Shown here: positions 1 through 9,088 of the stretch, piece by piece
Numbering within the stretch: the stretch's first letter is position 1
How the letters are laid out: each line of letters begins with the position of its first letter
Source of the DNA: an uncultured Candidatus Saccharibacteria bacterium
GTDB taxonomy: Bacteria; Patescibacteriota; Minisyncoccia; Phycocordibacterales; UBA2100
DNA: 64,000 nucleotides
Direction of reading: 5' to 3'
NCBI GenBank assembly: GCA_964586255.1
Contig: CAZPGE010000003.1
Span: 2,537 to 66,536, forward strand
Position numbers and translations under genes: made by a program
The notes under the pieces: model-generated
Database searches by the model: none
Told to the model about the DNA's origin: nothing
The model's input: the letters and a program-made list of their open reading frames with translations, nothing else

Positions 1-1
1 C

Positions 2-1501
2 TCGGTCTCTGGCAATGCGTACTTTGCAGGATCTGGAATCTGGAATTCGAGCGGGAGTGTAGGTGTCGGTACGACATCGCCGTACGCAAAGCTTGCGGTG
101 CAGGCGACGGCGGGGCAGACAAATCCTCTTTTTGATATTGCGAGCTCGAGCGTAGGCACGTCGTTCTTCACGATTACGTCATCCGGGAGTGTTGGTGTGG
201 GTACATCGAGTCCTTCTGCAAGATTGGAAGTTGTTCATACCTCCAGCGGTGCGACTGCGGAACAGCTTTATCTCACTAACTTTGCATCGGCTACGTCGAC
301 CGCTTCGAGGATGACCTTCCGCGCCGCAGACGTGTCGGGCAGTGCGACATCGACAGCTGCGATTACATCGATATTGCAGCAAAATTATACGACCGGCAAA
401 GGTGACCTTGCATTCTCGACGCTTCAGAGTGGCACACTCACAGAAGTTTTCCGCGCGACAAGTCTTGGTAATGTTGGCGTTGGTACCACCACCCCGCTTC
501 GTCGTTTTGCGGTGGAGCAAGCAGCGTCCGCCGCGCAATTCTCCGTGGCATACGACACGACGCGTGTCACAGAAATACAAACCGATTCTTCAGGCGATGC
601 AATCATTAATCCGTCGGGCGATGATATCCGCGTCAACGATGACAATCTCTGGGTCTGTAGTGGCGGTTCGTGTCCCTCGGGCACTCCGAGTGGCACCGGT
701 AACTTGCTTGTTGAAACGGCATTGGGTGTGGGCACATCGACGCCTGTGTGGCCCCTCACTGCCTCTCATACGACGCTCCCGCAACTCTCCCTCACTGACG
801 GCTCAGCGACAAGTAACGCATGGACATTCCGCAGCGTCACGAATACCCTTTACATTGCGACATCCACTGCGTCGGCGACATCGACGGTCGCTGCAGTCAC
901 TATTACGCCGAATGGGCGTTTCGGAGTAGGCACCTCCACACCGACCACCCTGCTCTCTGTGGGCGGTCTCTTGAGCGTGGGAGCGAGCTCGACCGGCCAA
1001 CTGGCCACGATGGGAACGGCCACCTCCACGTTTAACGGTGACATCAAGATTACGGGCAAGCTCGACGTGGGCACCATCGACCCGGTATACACCATAGCCG
1101 GCATAAAATACGCAACATACGGTCATTCGACAGTGGGTATCAAGGAAGAAACGGTGCAAACTATTCATCTCGAAAAAGCAGACGACGGGTCGTATGCATA
1201 CACAATCGATTTCGACCATCTCCAGAAAGGAAGTGATCTCTGGCTGTTCTACCAGATTACCGATTTTGGAAAGAATTGGAGTGCGCTTGTAGTCTCACTT
1301 ACGCCTTCATTTGAGGGCACGGTGTACTACAAAAAGAATGTCGCTGAAAATACACTCACCATCAAGAGCAATAAGAAGGGCGAGGTCTCGATGCGACTCG
1401 TGGGCAATCGCTTCGACTTCTCCAAGTGGCCGAATCTTCGCACCGACCAAGATGGAGACACGTCAGGGTCGCACGTGATACCGGTGAAATCCAGACAATA
1501 G
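2..1501 (+). CDS. Giant repetitive 'tail-fibre-like' surface protein, 5'-truncated by the window edge (paralogue of the next gene)
   Basis: The reading frame is open from base 2 with no stop, so the ORF-track start at 98 is not the real start. It has 'GNVGVGTTTP'-type repeats. One block (PLRRFAVEQAASAAQFSVAYDTTRVTEIQTDSSGD...DDNLWVCSGGSCPSGTP) and the ~130-aa C-terminal domain (KITGKLDVGTIDPVYTIAGIKYATYGHSTVGIKEE...NRFDFSKWPNLRTDQDGD) are near-identical to those of 1503..4874. Confidence 0.7.
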   Translation, partial: SVSGNAYFAGSGIWNSSGSVGVGTTSPYAKLAVQATAGQTNPLFDIASSSVGTSFFTITSSGSVGVGTSSPSARLEVVHTSSGATAEQLYLTNFASATSTASRMTFRAADVSGSATSTAAITSILQQNYTTGKGDLAFSTLQSGTLTEVFRATSLGNVGVGTTTPLRRFAVEQAASAAQFSVAYDTTRVTEIQTDSSGDAIINPSGDDIRVNDDNLWVCSGGSCPSGTPSGTGNLLVETALGVGTSTPVWPLTASHTTLPQLSLTDGSATSNAWTFRSVTNTLYIATSTASATSTVAAVTITPNGRFGVGTSTPTTLLSVGGLLSVGASSTGQLATMGTATSTFNGDIKITGKLDVGTIDPVYTIAGIKYATYGHSTVGIKEETVQTIHLEKADDGSYAYTIDFDHLQKGSDLWLFYQITDFGKNWSALVVSLTPSFEGTVYYKKNVAENTLTIKSNKKGEVSMRLVGNRFDFSKWPNLRTDQDGDTSGSHVIPVKSRQ

Positions 1502-1502
1502 T

Positions 1503-4500
1503 ATGGCAGATCGAATACAGCTCGACGGAAAGACATTCATCCCCCTTATTGAGGCTGCCGGTATGACGGCCATATCGGAGAAACAGGTCATGGCGCTTGC
1601 ACAGTCCGGTCAGGTTTTCCTCAGGGCGATAGGGAAGAAAGTGTATGTCGATATTGATGGGCTGCGAAATGCTGTACGTACGCAACAATCGGCTCCCGTC
1701 GTGGAGGCGACTGTCGCGCCACTCCCTGTCGCTCCGCTGGTGAAGGCACGGGCGCTGTCTGCTCCGCCCGCCGCCCCAATCTCTGCGTCTGTGGATGTGC
1801 CAATGACTCCGCAGTCGCCGACAGTCCTGGTATGGCCGGCGCCGAAAGTATTGGAAACACTGCGCGTCGCGACGCCTCCGCTGCCTACGCCACATATTCC
1901 GGTGCAATCATCAATGACGGAGCAAGCGCCAATGCGTCCCGCATCGCTCGTTGCTGCCCCGCTCGCGTCTACGCAAGTGCGACCGGAAAACATATCACCG
2001 CACCATCTAAGCTCTGCCGAGTTGTCCGCCCTCGCACCTATAGAGATTTCTGCGCCAGCAGTACGGAGTACGGAATCGCTGCCATTGCAAGCCCCGTCGC
2101 GATCGAACTCTCTCCCGCGCATGGTACTTCCTCCCAAACAGCTTGCTGGAGGGACCGGCCGTTCTTTCGCGACGTCGGCCTCAACGCTTGTCGCTCTCGT
2201 ATTCGTAATAGGCGGAGGTGTTGCAGTGTATGAAAACAAGCCCGCACTCGCTCGTTTTGTTGGTCATGTCGGTGAGCAGGTCGCAGCCGCCGTGAGTTTC
2301 GGTAATACGGCGACATACCAGGCACAGCCCGGTACGCTAGGCAACTCACCGCTGGAAAATAGTCCGAGCGAACTGCAGGCGAGCACGCAGGCCGGTACGA
2401 TACCGGTCGCAGTGGCCTCGTCATCGCAACCCATTTACTACGTATATAACTACCCGGTGATTGAGCGCATCCGTACAGAGGTCCAGTATATTGACGCTGA
2501 GAGTCCACAGGATTTTGCTCAGCAGCTCGACGCGCTCTACCAGCGCATCCAAGCGCAGATACAGAGTCTGAATATCAGCACCAATACGAATTTCGCGCAG
2601 CAATACCAAGTCATCGCTCAGACCAACAATATCGATAAGCTCGGAAGCGTAACCATCGACAATAACTCAACATTCTCGGGCGGCACCGTGACAGGCTCGA
2701 CGCTCACCGATATCGCGTCACTTGCAGTATCGGGAGGTACGACGCTCGGAGGGCTCACGGTGGGCGACATCACCGCTTCGGGCGGTGGCACATTCTCGGG
2801 AGCAGGCATCTTTTCGTACCTAACGGCTTCGTCGACGAGCGCGACTTCCACATTCAATGGGGCATTGCTCGCTACGAGGGCGCCGACAATTCCGCACACG
2901 TTCTCATCATGGACTACGGGGGCCGCAAACTCTGGTGCGTTTGATGCTGCCTTGGTTATCAATCCGTCCAGTGCCGTAGCGGATAGCAACCTCTTCTCAG
3001 CGATGGTGAACGGGTCGGTGAAATTCCTTGTTGATGTGGAAGGTGATGTCTTCGTAAACAACCTGACCTCTGTCGGCTCAGTGACGCTCTCGACCACGTC
3101 GGCGTCGACATTCACCGTCGAGGGCAATACGACGCTTGGCGATTCAATCACTGATACGACGACGATTAACGGAGCGCTCGTCGTCTCAGGCACGACGACA
3201 GTCTCGACCGTCTCGGGTAAGTTTGGTGTGGGCACTACGACTCCGTGGGCCAAACTCGCAGTTCAAGCGACTGCGGGTCAATCTCACCCCATCTTCGAAA
3301 TCGCGAGCTCTTCGAGTGGCACCTCGTATCTCACTGTTGCATCGTCGGGGAATGTAGGGATTGGTACCACATCGCCATCCGCGACACTCGCGGTGACCGG
3401 GACATTTACCACCACGGGTACCAACACGTTCGGTGGTGCGCTCAACATCGCGGGAGCAATCACCTCCACCGCATCGACCGCCAATACATTCCCGTATGCA
3501 TCATCTACCGCGCTCACTGTCTCAGGCACGGGCTACTTCGCGGCTGCCTCCACGACCAATCTCACGGTATCGGCGCTCACAAGCGGTCGCGTACCATTTA
3601 TCACGACGGCGGGGGCATTCACCGATTCGAGTGCATTTGCATTCGACAGCTCTCTCACGAGGCTCACTGTCACGAATGCATCAACAACAGCACTTACGGT
3701 AAATGGTTCAGCATATTTCAACGTAGCCTCGACATCGCAGCTCTCCGTCTTTAGTCGTGCATATTTTGGCGGCTCTGCTACAAGTACATTCGATTCTGCC
3801 GGAAACATATTTGCGGTCGGAACACTCGGTGTGGGTACGTCATCACCACTCCGGAAGTTCGCTGTTGAACAGGCTGCCTCAGCGGCACAGTTCTCGGTCG
3901 CATACGATACGACGCGTGTCACTGAAATACAGACCGACTCGTCGGGAGATGTCGTCATCAATCCTTCCGGTGACGATGCTCGTCTCAACGATGACAATCT
4001 CTGGGTCTGCGCAGGAGGTTCGTGTCCAAGCGGCACGCCAAGCGATACCGGCAATCTCATCGTGGAGACCAAGATCGGTATCGGCTCTTCGACGCCGATG
4101 GACCTGCTGTCGATCAGTGGCACGCCGAATCCGCGTGTTCGATTCAACGATTCGGGAGGTTCCGCGTTCCAACTTCTCTTCGATAACTCCGACGCGTATT
4201 TGGATAATGCAAAAGTGGGTAAAAACTTTGTCTTTAGAACCTCGAACTCAAGTGCCTTAGACACGACGGCTATAACTATTCTATCGAGTGGAAAGACTGG
4301 TATCGGTACCACGACACCGACCGACATGCTCTCTGTGCACGGACTTCTGCGCGTGGGGGCGAATAGTGTCGCACCCGTAACACTAGGTACTGCCACTTCC
4401 ACATTCAACGGCGACATCAAGATATTGGGCAAGCTCGACGTGGGCACCATCGACCCGGCGTACACCATAGGAGGTACCAAATATGCGACATATGGGCACT

Positions 4501-4874
4501 CAACAGTCGGGATCAAGGAAGAGACGGTGTTGAAGATCAGTATGCAGCAGTGGGATCCGGAGAGTGGACTGTATCGATACATTATCGACTTTGACGAGCT
4601 CGAGAGAGGAATCGACCTTTGGCTCTTCTATCAGATCACGGACTTTGGAAAAGACTGGAAGAATCTTATTGTATCGCTTACGCCCGCATTCAACGGATTC
4701 GCATTCTATGAAGAAGATATCGAAAAGAACGCGATCATAATCTACTCATCTCAAGAGGGGCAAGTTTCCGCACGACTTATTGCAAATCGCTTCGACTTCT
4801 CGAAATGGACAAACCTACGACCAGATCAAGATGGTGACTCCAAGGGCACGCATGTCATCGAGGAGAAACGGTAG
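1503..4874 (+). CDS. Giant repetitive 'tail-fibre-like' cell-surface protein with an N-terminal cytoplasmic domain and one TM helix (type II anchor)
   Basis: It is 1123 aa. ATG sits 1 nt after the upstream stop. A Pro-rich linker is followed by a TM helix (LVALVFVIGGGVAVY), then long Gly/Thr/Ser-rich repeats (SSGNVGIGTTSPSATLAV). The C-terminal domain is shared with 2..1501. Confidence 0.8.
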   Translation: MADRIQLDGKTFIPLIEAAGMTAISEKQVMALAQSGQVFLRAIGKKVYVDIDGLRNAVRTQQSAPVVEATVAPLPVAPLVKARALSAPPAAPISASVDVPMTPQSPTVLVWPAPKVLETLRVATPPLPTPHIPVQSSMTEQAPMRPASLVAAPLASTQVRPENISPHHLSSAELSALAPIEISAPAVRSTESLPLQAPSRSNSLPRMVLPPKQLAGGTGRSFATSASTLVALVFVIGGGVAVYENKPALARFVGHVGEQVAAAVSFGNTATYQAQPGTLGNSPLENSPSELQASTQAGTIPVAVASSSQPIYYVYNYPVIERIRTEVQYIDAESPQDFAQQLDALYQRIQAQIQSLNISTNTNFAQQYQVIAQTNNIDKLGSVTIDNNSTFSGGTVTGSTLTDIASLAVSGGTTLGGLTVGDITASGGGTFSGAGIFSYLTASSTSATSTFNGALLATRAPTIPHTFSSWTTGAANSGAFDAALVINPSSAVADSNLFSAMVNGSVKFLVDVEGDVFVNNLTSVGSVTLSTTSASTFTVEGNTTLGDSITDTTTINGALVVSGTTTVSTVSGKFGVGTTTPWAKLAVQATAGQSHPIFEIASSSSGTSYLTVASSGNVGIGTTSPSATLAVTGTFTTTGTNTFGGALNIAGAITSTASTANTFPYASSTALTVSGTGYFAAASTTNLTVSALTSGRVPFITTAGAFTDSSAFAFDSSLTRLTVTNASTTALTVNGSAYFNVASTSQLSVFSRAYFGGSATSTFDSAGNIFAVGTLGVGTSSPLRKFAVEQAASAAQFSVAYDTTRVTEIQTDSSGDVVINPSGDDARLNDDNLWVCAGGSCPSGTPSDTGNLIVETKIGIGSSTPMDLLSISGTPNPRVRFNDSGGSAFQLLFDNSDAYLDNAKVGKNFVFRTSNSSALDTTAITILSSGKTGIGTTTPTDMLSVHGLLRVGANSVAPVTLGTATSTFNGDIKILGKLDVGTIDPAYTIGGTKYATYGHSTVGIKEETVLKISMQQWDPESGLYRYIIDFDELERGIDLWLFYQITDFGKDWKNLIVSLTPAFNGFAFYEEDIEKNAIIIYSSQEGQVSARLIANRFDFSKWTNLRPDQDGDSKGTHVIEEKR

Positions 4875-4916
4875 GAGAGCGATGGATTACACTACGACAC
4901 CTGGTGCTATATAATA

Positions 4917-5510
4917 ATGCACACACATATGCAGAAACGAACTCGGAAGATGATGGTTGCGGCAGTGATGGCGGCTTTAATTGGAGTTCCTTTGTTCGTG
5001 GGCGCGGTTGTTATCACGGAGACCAGTAGCGTGACCGGCCTCGCGAGCGTGCTCGGTGCCCTCTCAAAGGGCTCGGGCACATTCGTCATCGACCACCCAC
5101 TCGACCCCAAAAACAAGCTTCTCTATCACTCATTCGTCGAGTCGCCCGATGTAAAAAATCTCTACGATGGGATTGTACAGCTTGATGCGTATGGGGAAGC
5201 CGTCATAGAATTACCTGCGTATTTCCTCGCGCTCAACAAAGACTTCCGATACCTCGGTACTCCGGTAGGTGGGCCCATGCCAGAGCTTTACCTATCTAAA
5301 GAAGTTCATAAGCGTTATTTCAACGTGCTAGGTGCAATCTCGATACGCATATCGGGCGGTACTCCCAGCGGACGTGTATCTTGGCAGGTTACGGGTATTC
5401 GCCACGACAGATTCATCGAAGCGTACCCCATAGTCCCAGAAGTTGAAAAGGGGCCCGATGAGCTGGCAGATAAGGGCGAATACGTGTGTGAAGAATGCTA
5501 TGTGCAATAA
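4917..5510 (+). CDS. Small N-terminally anchored protein carrying the conserved 'IDHPLDP...SWQVTGIRHD' domain (paralogue 1 of 3)
   Basis: N-terminal hydrophobic segment. The domain reads SKGSGTFVIDHPLDPKNKLLYHSFVESPDVKNLYDGIVQLD...GGRVSWQVTGIRHD...EVEKGP and is shared with the next two genes. Confidence 0.65.
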   Translation: MHTHMQKRTRKMMVAAVMAALIGVPLFVGAVVITETSSVTGLASVLGALSKGSGTFVIDHPLDPKNKLLYHSFVESPDVKNLYDGIVQLDAYGEAVIELPAYFLALNKDFRYLGTPVGGPMPELYLSKEVHKRYFNVLGAISIRISGGTPSGRVSWQVTGIRHDRFIEAYPIVPEVEKGPDELADKGEYVCEECYVQ

Positions 5511-5513
5511 CAT

Positions 5514-6059
5514 ATGAGGATCTCTTCAGTCAGGCTGCTCATAATTCTTGCTGTCATACTCGTCCCGGGCGTAGTCGTGGCGGTAAAACTTACCGGCAAT
5601 GTACAATTTAGAGGCAGCCTTGCGATTTCGGGTGCCCTCTCAAAGGGCTCGGGCACATTCGTCATCGACCACCCACTCGACCCCAAAAACAAGCTTCTCT
5701 ATCACTCATTCGTCGAGTCGCCCGATGTAAAAAATCTCTACGATGGGATTGTACAGCTTGATGCCAACGGAGAGGCAGAAATAGAGTTACCGGAGTATTT
5801 TGACGCGCTCAATAAGGCGCCGCGGTATCAGTACTTTCCCCTCGACGAGGCGATGCCTGGCCTCTATGTTAAAGATGAGGAGAAAGAAAATGGATTCGTG
5901 ATTGCAGGAGGAGCGCCCGGGGGACGGGTGTCATGGCAGATTACCGGTATACGTCATGACCCGTATATACTGAGAAATCCAGTCCGCAATGAAGTGTGGA
6001 AAGGTCCAAACGAAGAAGTAGGCAGAGGCGAGTGTCTCTATGAACCCCTATGCGAATAA
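5514..6059 (+). CDS. Small N-terminally anchored protein with the same conserved domain (paralogue 2 of 3)
   Basis: Shares a 48-aa identical stretch (LSKGSGTFVIDHPLDPKNKLLYHSFVESPDVKNLYDGIVQLDA) with 4917..5510, and the C-terminal SWQITGIRHDPYILRNP...KGP motif. Confidence 0.65.
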   Translation: MRISSVRLLIILAVILVPGVVVAVKLTGNVQFRGSLAISGALSKGSGTFVIDHPLDPKNKLLYHSFVESPDVKNLYDGIVQLDANGEAEIELPEYFDALNKAPRYQYFPLDEAMPGLYVKDEEKENGFVIAGGAPGGRVSWQITGIRHDPYILRNPVRNEVWKGPNEEVGRGECLYEPLCE

Positions 6060-6811
6060 TTACACGGGCTACATGTTTCCTCTTGTTGCTGACGCCAATG
6101 AGCGCGCATGCATATTTCCAGGGTTATTATGAAGCCGCCTACTACTCGCAAGCAACCTACTATTCTCAGGCTACTTACTACTCGCAAGCAACCTACTATT
6201 CTCAGGCTACTTACTACTCGCAAGCAACCTACTATTCTCAGGCTACTTACTACTCGCAAGCCAGCTATCAGACGACGTTCACAAGAAATGCGTCTATCGT
6301 AGGAGGCCTCAGTGTGGCGGGGCACATCTCAAAGGGCTCAGGTACATTTGTCATCGATCACCCGCTCGACCCTTTCAATAAACTCCTCTTCCATTCGTTC
6401 CTCGAGTCGCCCGACGCAAAGAATCTCTACGACGGCATAGCGAAGCTCGACAAGGACGGCAGCGCGCGAGTCACGTTGCCGAAATACTTCGAAGCGCTTA
6501 ATACGGATTTTCGCTATCAGTTGAAGCCCGTTGGTGCGCCGATGCCACTACTTCATGTCCTGAGCGAGGTGTCGGACAATAGTTTCGCAATTGGCGGAGG
6601 CGTCGCTGGTGGAAAAGTCTCCTGGCAAGTCACGGGTACGCGCAAAGACCAGTACATTCTCGACAATCCCATAATTCCCGAAGTCGAGAAGGGTCCGGAG
6701 CAATTGGTTGAGAAAGGCCAGTATCTTTTTGCGGCGGGGTACGACAACGGCGGCATCCGATCAATTTTCTCCGGAATAGTAGACCTTTTGAACTCCCTGA
6801 TCGCCCGCTGA
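6050..6811 (+). CDS. Secreted protein with the same conserved domain plus an inserted (YYSQAT)n tandem repeat (paralogue 3 of 3)
   Basis: Signal-peptide-like N-terminus (LLLLTPMSAHA). Contains ISKGSGTFVIDHPLDPFNKLLFHSFLESPDAKNLYDG...KVSWQVTGTRKDQYILDNPIIPEVEKGP. Overlaps the previous gene by 10 nt. Confidence 0.65.
   Translation: MRIITRATCFLLLLTPMSAHAYFQGYYEAAYYSQATYYSQATYYSQATYYSQATYYSQATYYSQATYYSQASYQTTFTRNASIVGGLSVAGHISKGSGTFVIDHPLDPFNKLLFHSFLESPDAKNLYDGIAKLDKDGSARVTLPKYFEALNTDFRYQLKPVGAPMPLLHVLSEVSDNSFAIGGGVAGGKVSWQVTGTRKDQYILDNPIIPEVEKGPEQLVEKGQYLFAAGYDNGGIRSIFSGIVDLLNSLIAR
6131..6266 (+). repeat. In-frame tandem repeat, 36-nt unit x ~3.5 (encodes the YYSQAT hexapeptide about 7 times)
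   Basis: Unit 'tactcgcaagcaacctactattctcaggctacttac' repeats perfectly. It lies inside CDS 6050..6811. Confidence 0.85.
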
Positions 6812-6836
6812 AGTGTATTCCTATACAATACCAGTC

Positions 6837-8036
6837 ATGGGAAAGTTTGCCGTGAAATATACGATAATCCCCTTCTTCATTGCGCTTGTGTTCGGAGTCG
6901 GCTATTTCATCTTCGGTGCTAAGCCGTACGCTGAAGCATCCTCCATCGCCCGCGGCGTGGAGGACTTCAAGGAACTATCTCAGCGCTTCGTCGCTCTTTC
7001 AGAAAAGAAGAGTGCAGAGTATGCGTTTGAGATACTCCGACGCGCGGAGTTACCCCCGAATACGGATTTGCATCTGTTGGGGCACGTCGTGGGAGATGAA
7101 TTGTACAAACAGCAGGGGATAGACGGTATCGTCTTATGTACGCAGGATTTCCGCAACGCATGTTCGCATTCCATAGTCATAGGAGCACTCAATGAATTTG
7201 GCGGAGAACCCGCCCTTGCACGCATCCGCGACGCGTGCCGAAGAGCGCCAGGAGGTTCCGGTGCATATACCATGTGTTACCACGGGTTGGGCCATGGCAT
7301 TCTCGCCTTTTATGGGTACGATCTGGAGCCTACAATTGCGCTTTGCAAACAAGCCGGCACTTTGGAATATCGTGAGCGCGAATATATAGAGTGTGTGGGG
7401 GGAGCCGTAATGGAGCTCATGGGCGGTGGTGGTCATGACAGAAAGTTGTGGCTCGCGAGTAGGTCACGATACTTGAGTGGGGATACGCCTCTTGCGCCAT
7501 GCACGAGCGACGTCATTCCAAGTGAAATAAAACCGCTGTGCCTTGTCTACCTCACGCCACGACTCTGGGAATTGGCCGGCATCGACTTAGGACGTCCGGA
7601 CCCGTCACTTTTCTCGAAGGCATTTGCGATGTGCGACACGCTCTCTCGCTCACGGCAAGAATTACGTGCCGCATGTTTCGGAGGCTTCGGAAAAGAATTC
7701 ATTCCACTCGCAGGTGCGCGAGACATTCGAGGCGTGGACCGGTTTTCTGATGATGCGTATGCTCAAGCGATTGAGTGGTGTGGGTATGCACCTGCAGAAG
7801 ATGGTCGCACGGCATGTATTTCAGAGGCTTTGGCATCGATCTTCTGGGGCGGAGAGAATGACCCAGAGGCGAGTTTCCGGTTTTGCGCTCTTGTTTCTGA
7901 GTCTGGAATGCAAAGCGCATGCTACGGAAGCCTCGCGCGTAATATTCAGGACTACACGGAAGGTTCCGTGCGAAACGCGCTGTGCGCACGTATACCAGAA
8001 AAGGAGCGTATAGAGTGCACAATCTCAGGTATATGA
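6837..8036 (+). CDS. N-terminally anchored Cys/His-rich repeat protein (family member 1 of 5)
   Basis: The ORF-track start at 6813 is GTG; the ATG at 6837 precedes a TM helix (IIPFFIALVFGVGYFIFG). Recurrent C...C...GYxHGxGHG motifs (MCYHGLGHGILAFYGYD). About 20 Cys, mostly in pairs. Confidence 0.7.
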   Translation: MGKFAVKYTIIPFFIALVFGVGYFIFGAKPYAEASSIARGVEDFKELSQRFVALSEKKSAEYAFEILRRAELPPNTDLHLLGHVVGDELYKQQGIDGIVLCTQDFRNACSHSIVIGALNEFGGEPALARIRDACRRAPGGSGAYTMCYHGLGHGILAFYGYDLEPTIALCKQAGTLEYREREYIECVGGAVMELMGGGGHDRKLWLASRSRYLSGDTPLAPCTSDVIPSEIKPLCLVYLTPRLWELAGIDLGRPDPSLFSKAFAMCDTLSRSRQELRAACFGGFGKEFIPLAGARDIRGVDRFSDDAYAQAIEWCGYAPAEDGRTACISEALASIFWGGENDPEASFRFCALVSESGMQSACYGSLARNIQDYTEGSVRNALCARIPEKERIECTISGI

Positions 8037-9088
8037 CACGACGTACCCTTATAGCGATTGCACTCTGCGTTGTATTTGGGGCTGGTGGCATCGCAGTACG
8101 CCAGTATGCGACCGAGACCCAGAGCTCGTTGGCGAACAGGCAGCCGACTGAGAGCGAGAGAATATGGACGGAAAAAATACGTGCGCTTGGTGGCAAAGCG
8201 GCATACGCTTCGCTTGCAAAAGAGATAGAGGGTATGGCGCCGGAGGTTCAGCACACGAGCGCGCATGCATTTGGCGCAGCCCTCTTTGCTGTCGAAGATA
8301 ATGCTGGACTATCTGTGTGCGACGCGCGCTTCTCGTATGGGTGCTTCCACGAGTTCATGGGTAATTCGATCGCGTCGCACGGGCTCTCTGTCGTCAACGA
8401 ACTCAACGAGGGGTGTATCCGGGTACTAGTCAAAAGCCCGCTCTCTTGCCAGCACGGCATAGGACATGGAATATTAGCCTCTCTCGGATACGACGAGGAG
8501 TCCCTCATTACGTCACTCGGGGAATGCGCCAAACTTCCATACAGTGACCGTATAGGGGGATGCTATGGCGGTGTGTTCATGGAATACAATATGCAAACGA
8601 TGCTCGGTAAACAAGGGCACTTACGGTCGGCAGATTCCGAGGAGGGTTTGTACAAGCCGTGTGTCGGCTTGGAATCGAAGTACCATGCCTCGTGTGTATT
8701 TTGGCAGCCGCAATGGTGGCACATTGCAGTGCTGCATGCTGAAAGCAGCGAAGAATCGTTTGCGCAGCTTGGTACCTACTGCAGAGGAATGACACATACG
8801 AAAGAGTTACGTCGCGAGTGCTTCCAGGGTATTGGCAATATTACGAATCCGGCCACCGATTTCGATGTAGTGCGCTCGCGAGAACTATGCGATGCCACTT
8901 CTTCAGACCACCTTGAACGACTCTACTGTAGGGCGTATGCCGCCAACTCCCTCTTAAATGGGGGCGGAGGAAAAATCGGTGATGGGGATGCGTTGTGCGA
9001 CGGCTTACCCGAAAGTGAGCGAGAGTTCTGTCTTGCGTATGCGCGCAATGAGGCAAATTCAGCGAATGTGTTGGAATCTCCTCTATGA
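8033..9088 (+). CDS. N-terminally anchored Cys/His-rich repeat protein (family member 2)
   Basis: Start ATG overlaps the upstream stop (ATGA). TM helix (LIAIALCVVFGAGGIAV). Motifs include SCQHGIGHGILASLGYDEE and CDARFSYGCFHEF. Confidence 0.7.
   Translation: MTRRTLIAIALCVVFGAGGIAVRQYATETQSSLANRQPTESERIWTEKIRALGGKAAYASLAKEIEGMAPEVQHTSAHAFGAALFAVEDNAGLSVCDARFSYGCFHEFMGNSIASHGLSVVNELNEGCIRVLVKSPLSCQHGIGHGILASLGYDEESLITSLGECAKLPYSDRIGGCYGGVFMEYNMQTMLGKQGHLRSADSEEGLYKPCVGLESKYHASCVFWQPQWWHIAVLHAESSEESFAQLGTYCRGMTHTKELRRECFQGIGNITNPATDFDVVRSRELCDATSSDHLERLYCRAYAANSLLNGGGGKIGDGDALCDGLPESEREFCLAYARNEANSANVLESPL

Noticed and set aside
1610-4582. Long minus-strand and alternative-frame ORFs (e.g. 1610..2239, 2618..3253, 3533..4582) inside the giant surface-protein gene
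   Set aside because: They lie entirely within a far longer, repeat-structured, paralogue-supported plus-strand ORF. High GC and repetitive Gly/Thr/Ser codons generate open antisense frames. No independent start or Shine-Dalgarno context, and no similarity to anything.
6131-6266. Regularly spaced direct repeats that might be mistaken for a CRISPR array
   Set aside because: The units are contiguous with no spacers, lie in-frame inside a coding sequence, and translate to a simple hexapeptide repeat. No cas genes are nearby.
2-6811. 'Tail-fibre-like' proteins suggesting a prophage
   Set aside because: No integrase, terminase, capsid, portal, baseplate or lysis genes are adjacent. The proteins carry TM anchors and match the CPR giant-surface-protein pattern. 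The neighbours are cellular paralogue families, not phage modules.
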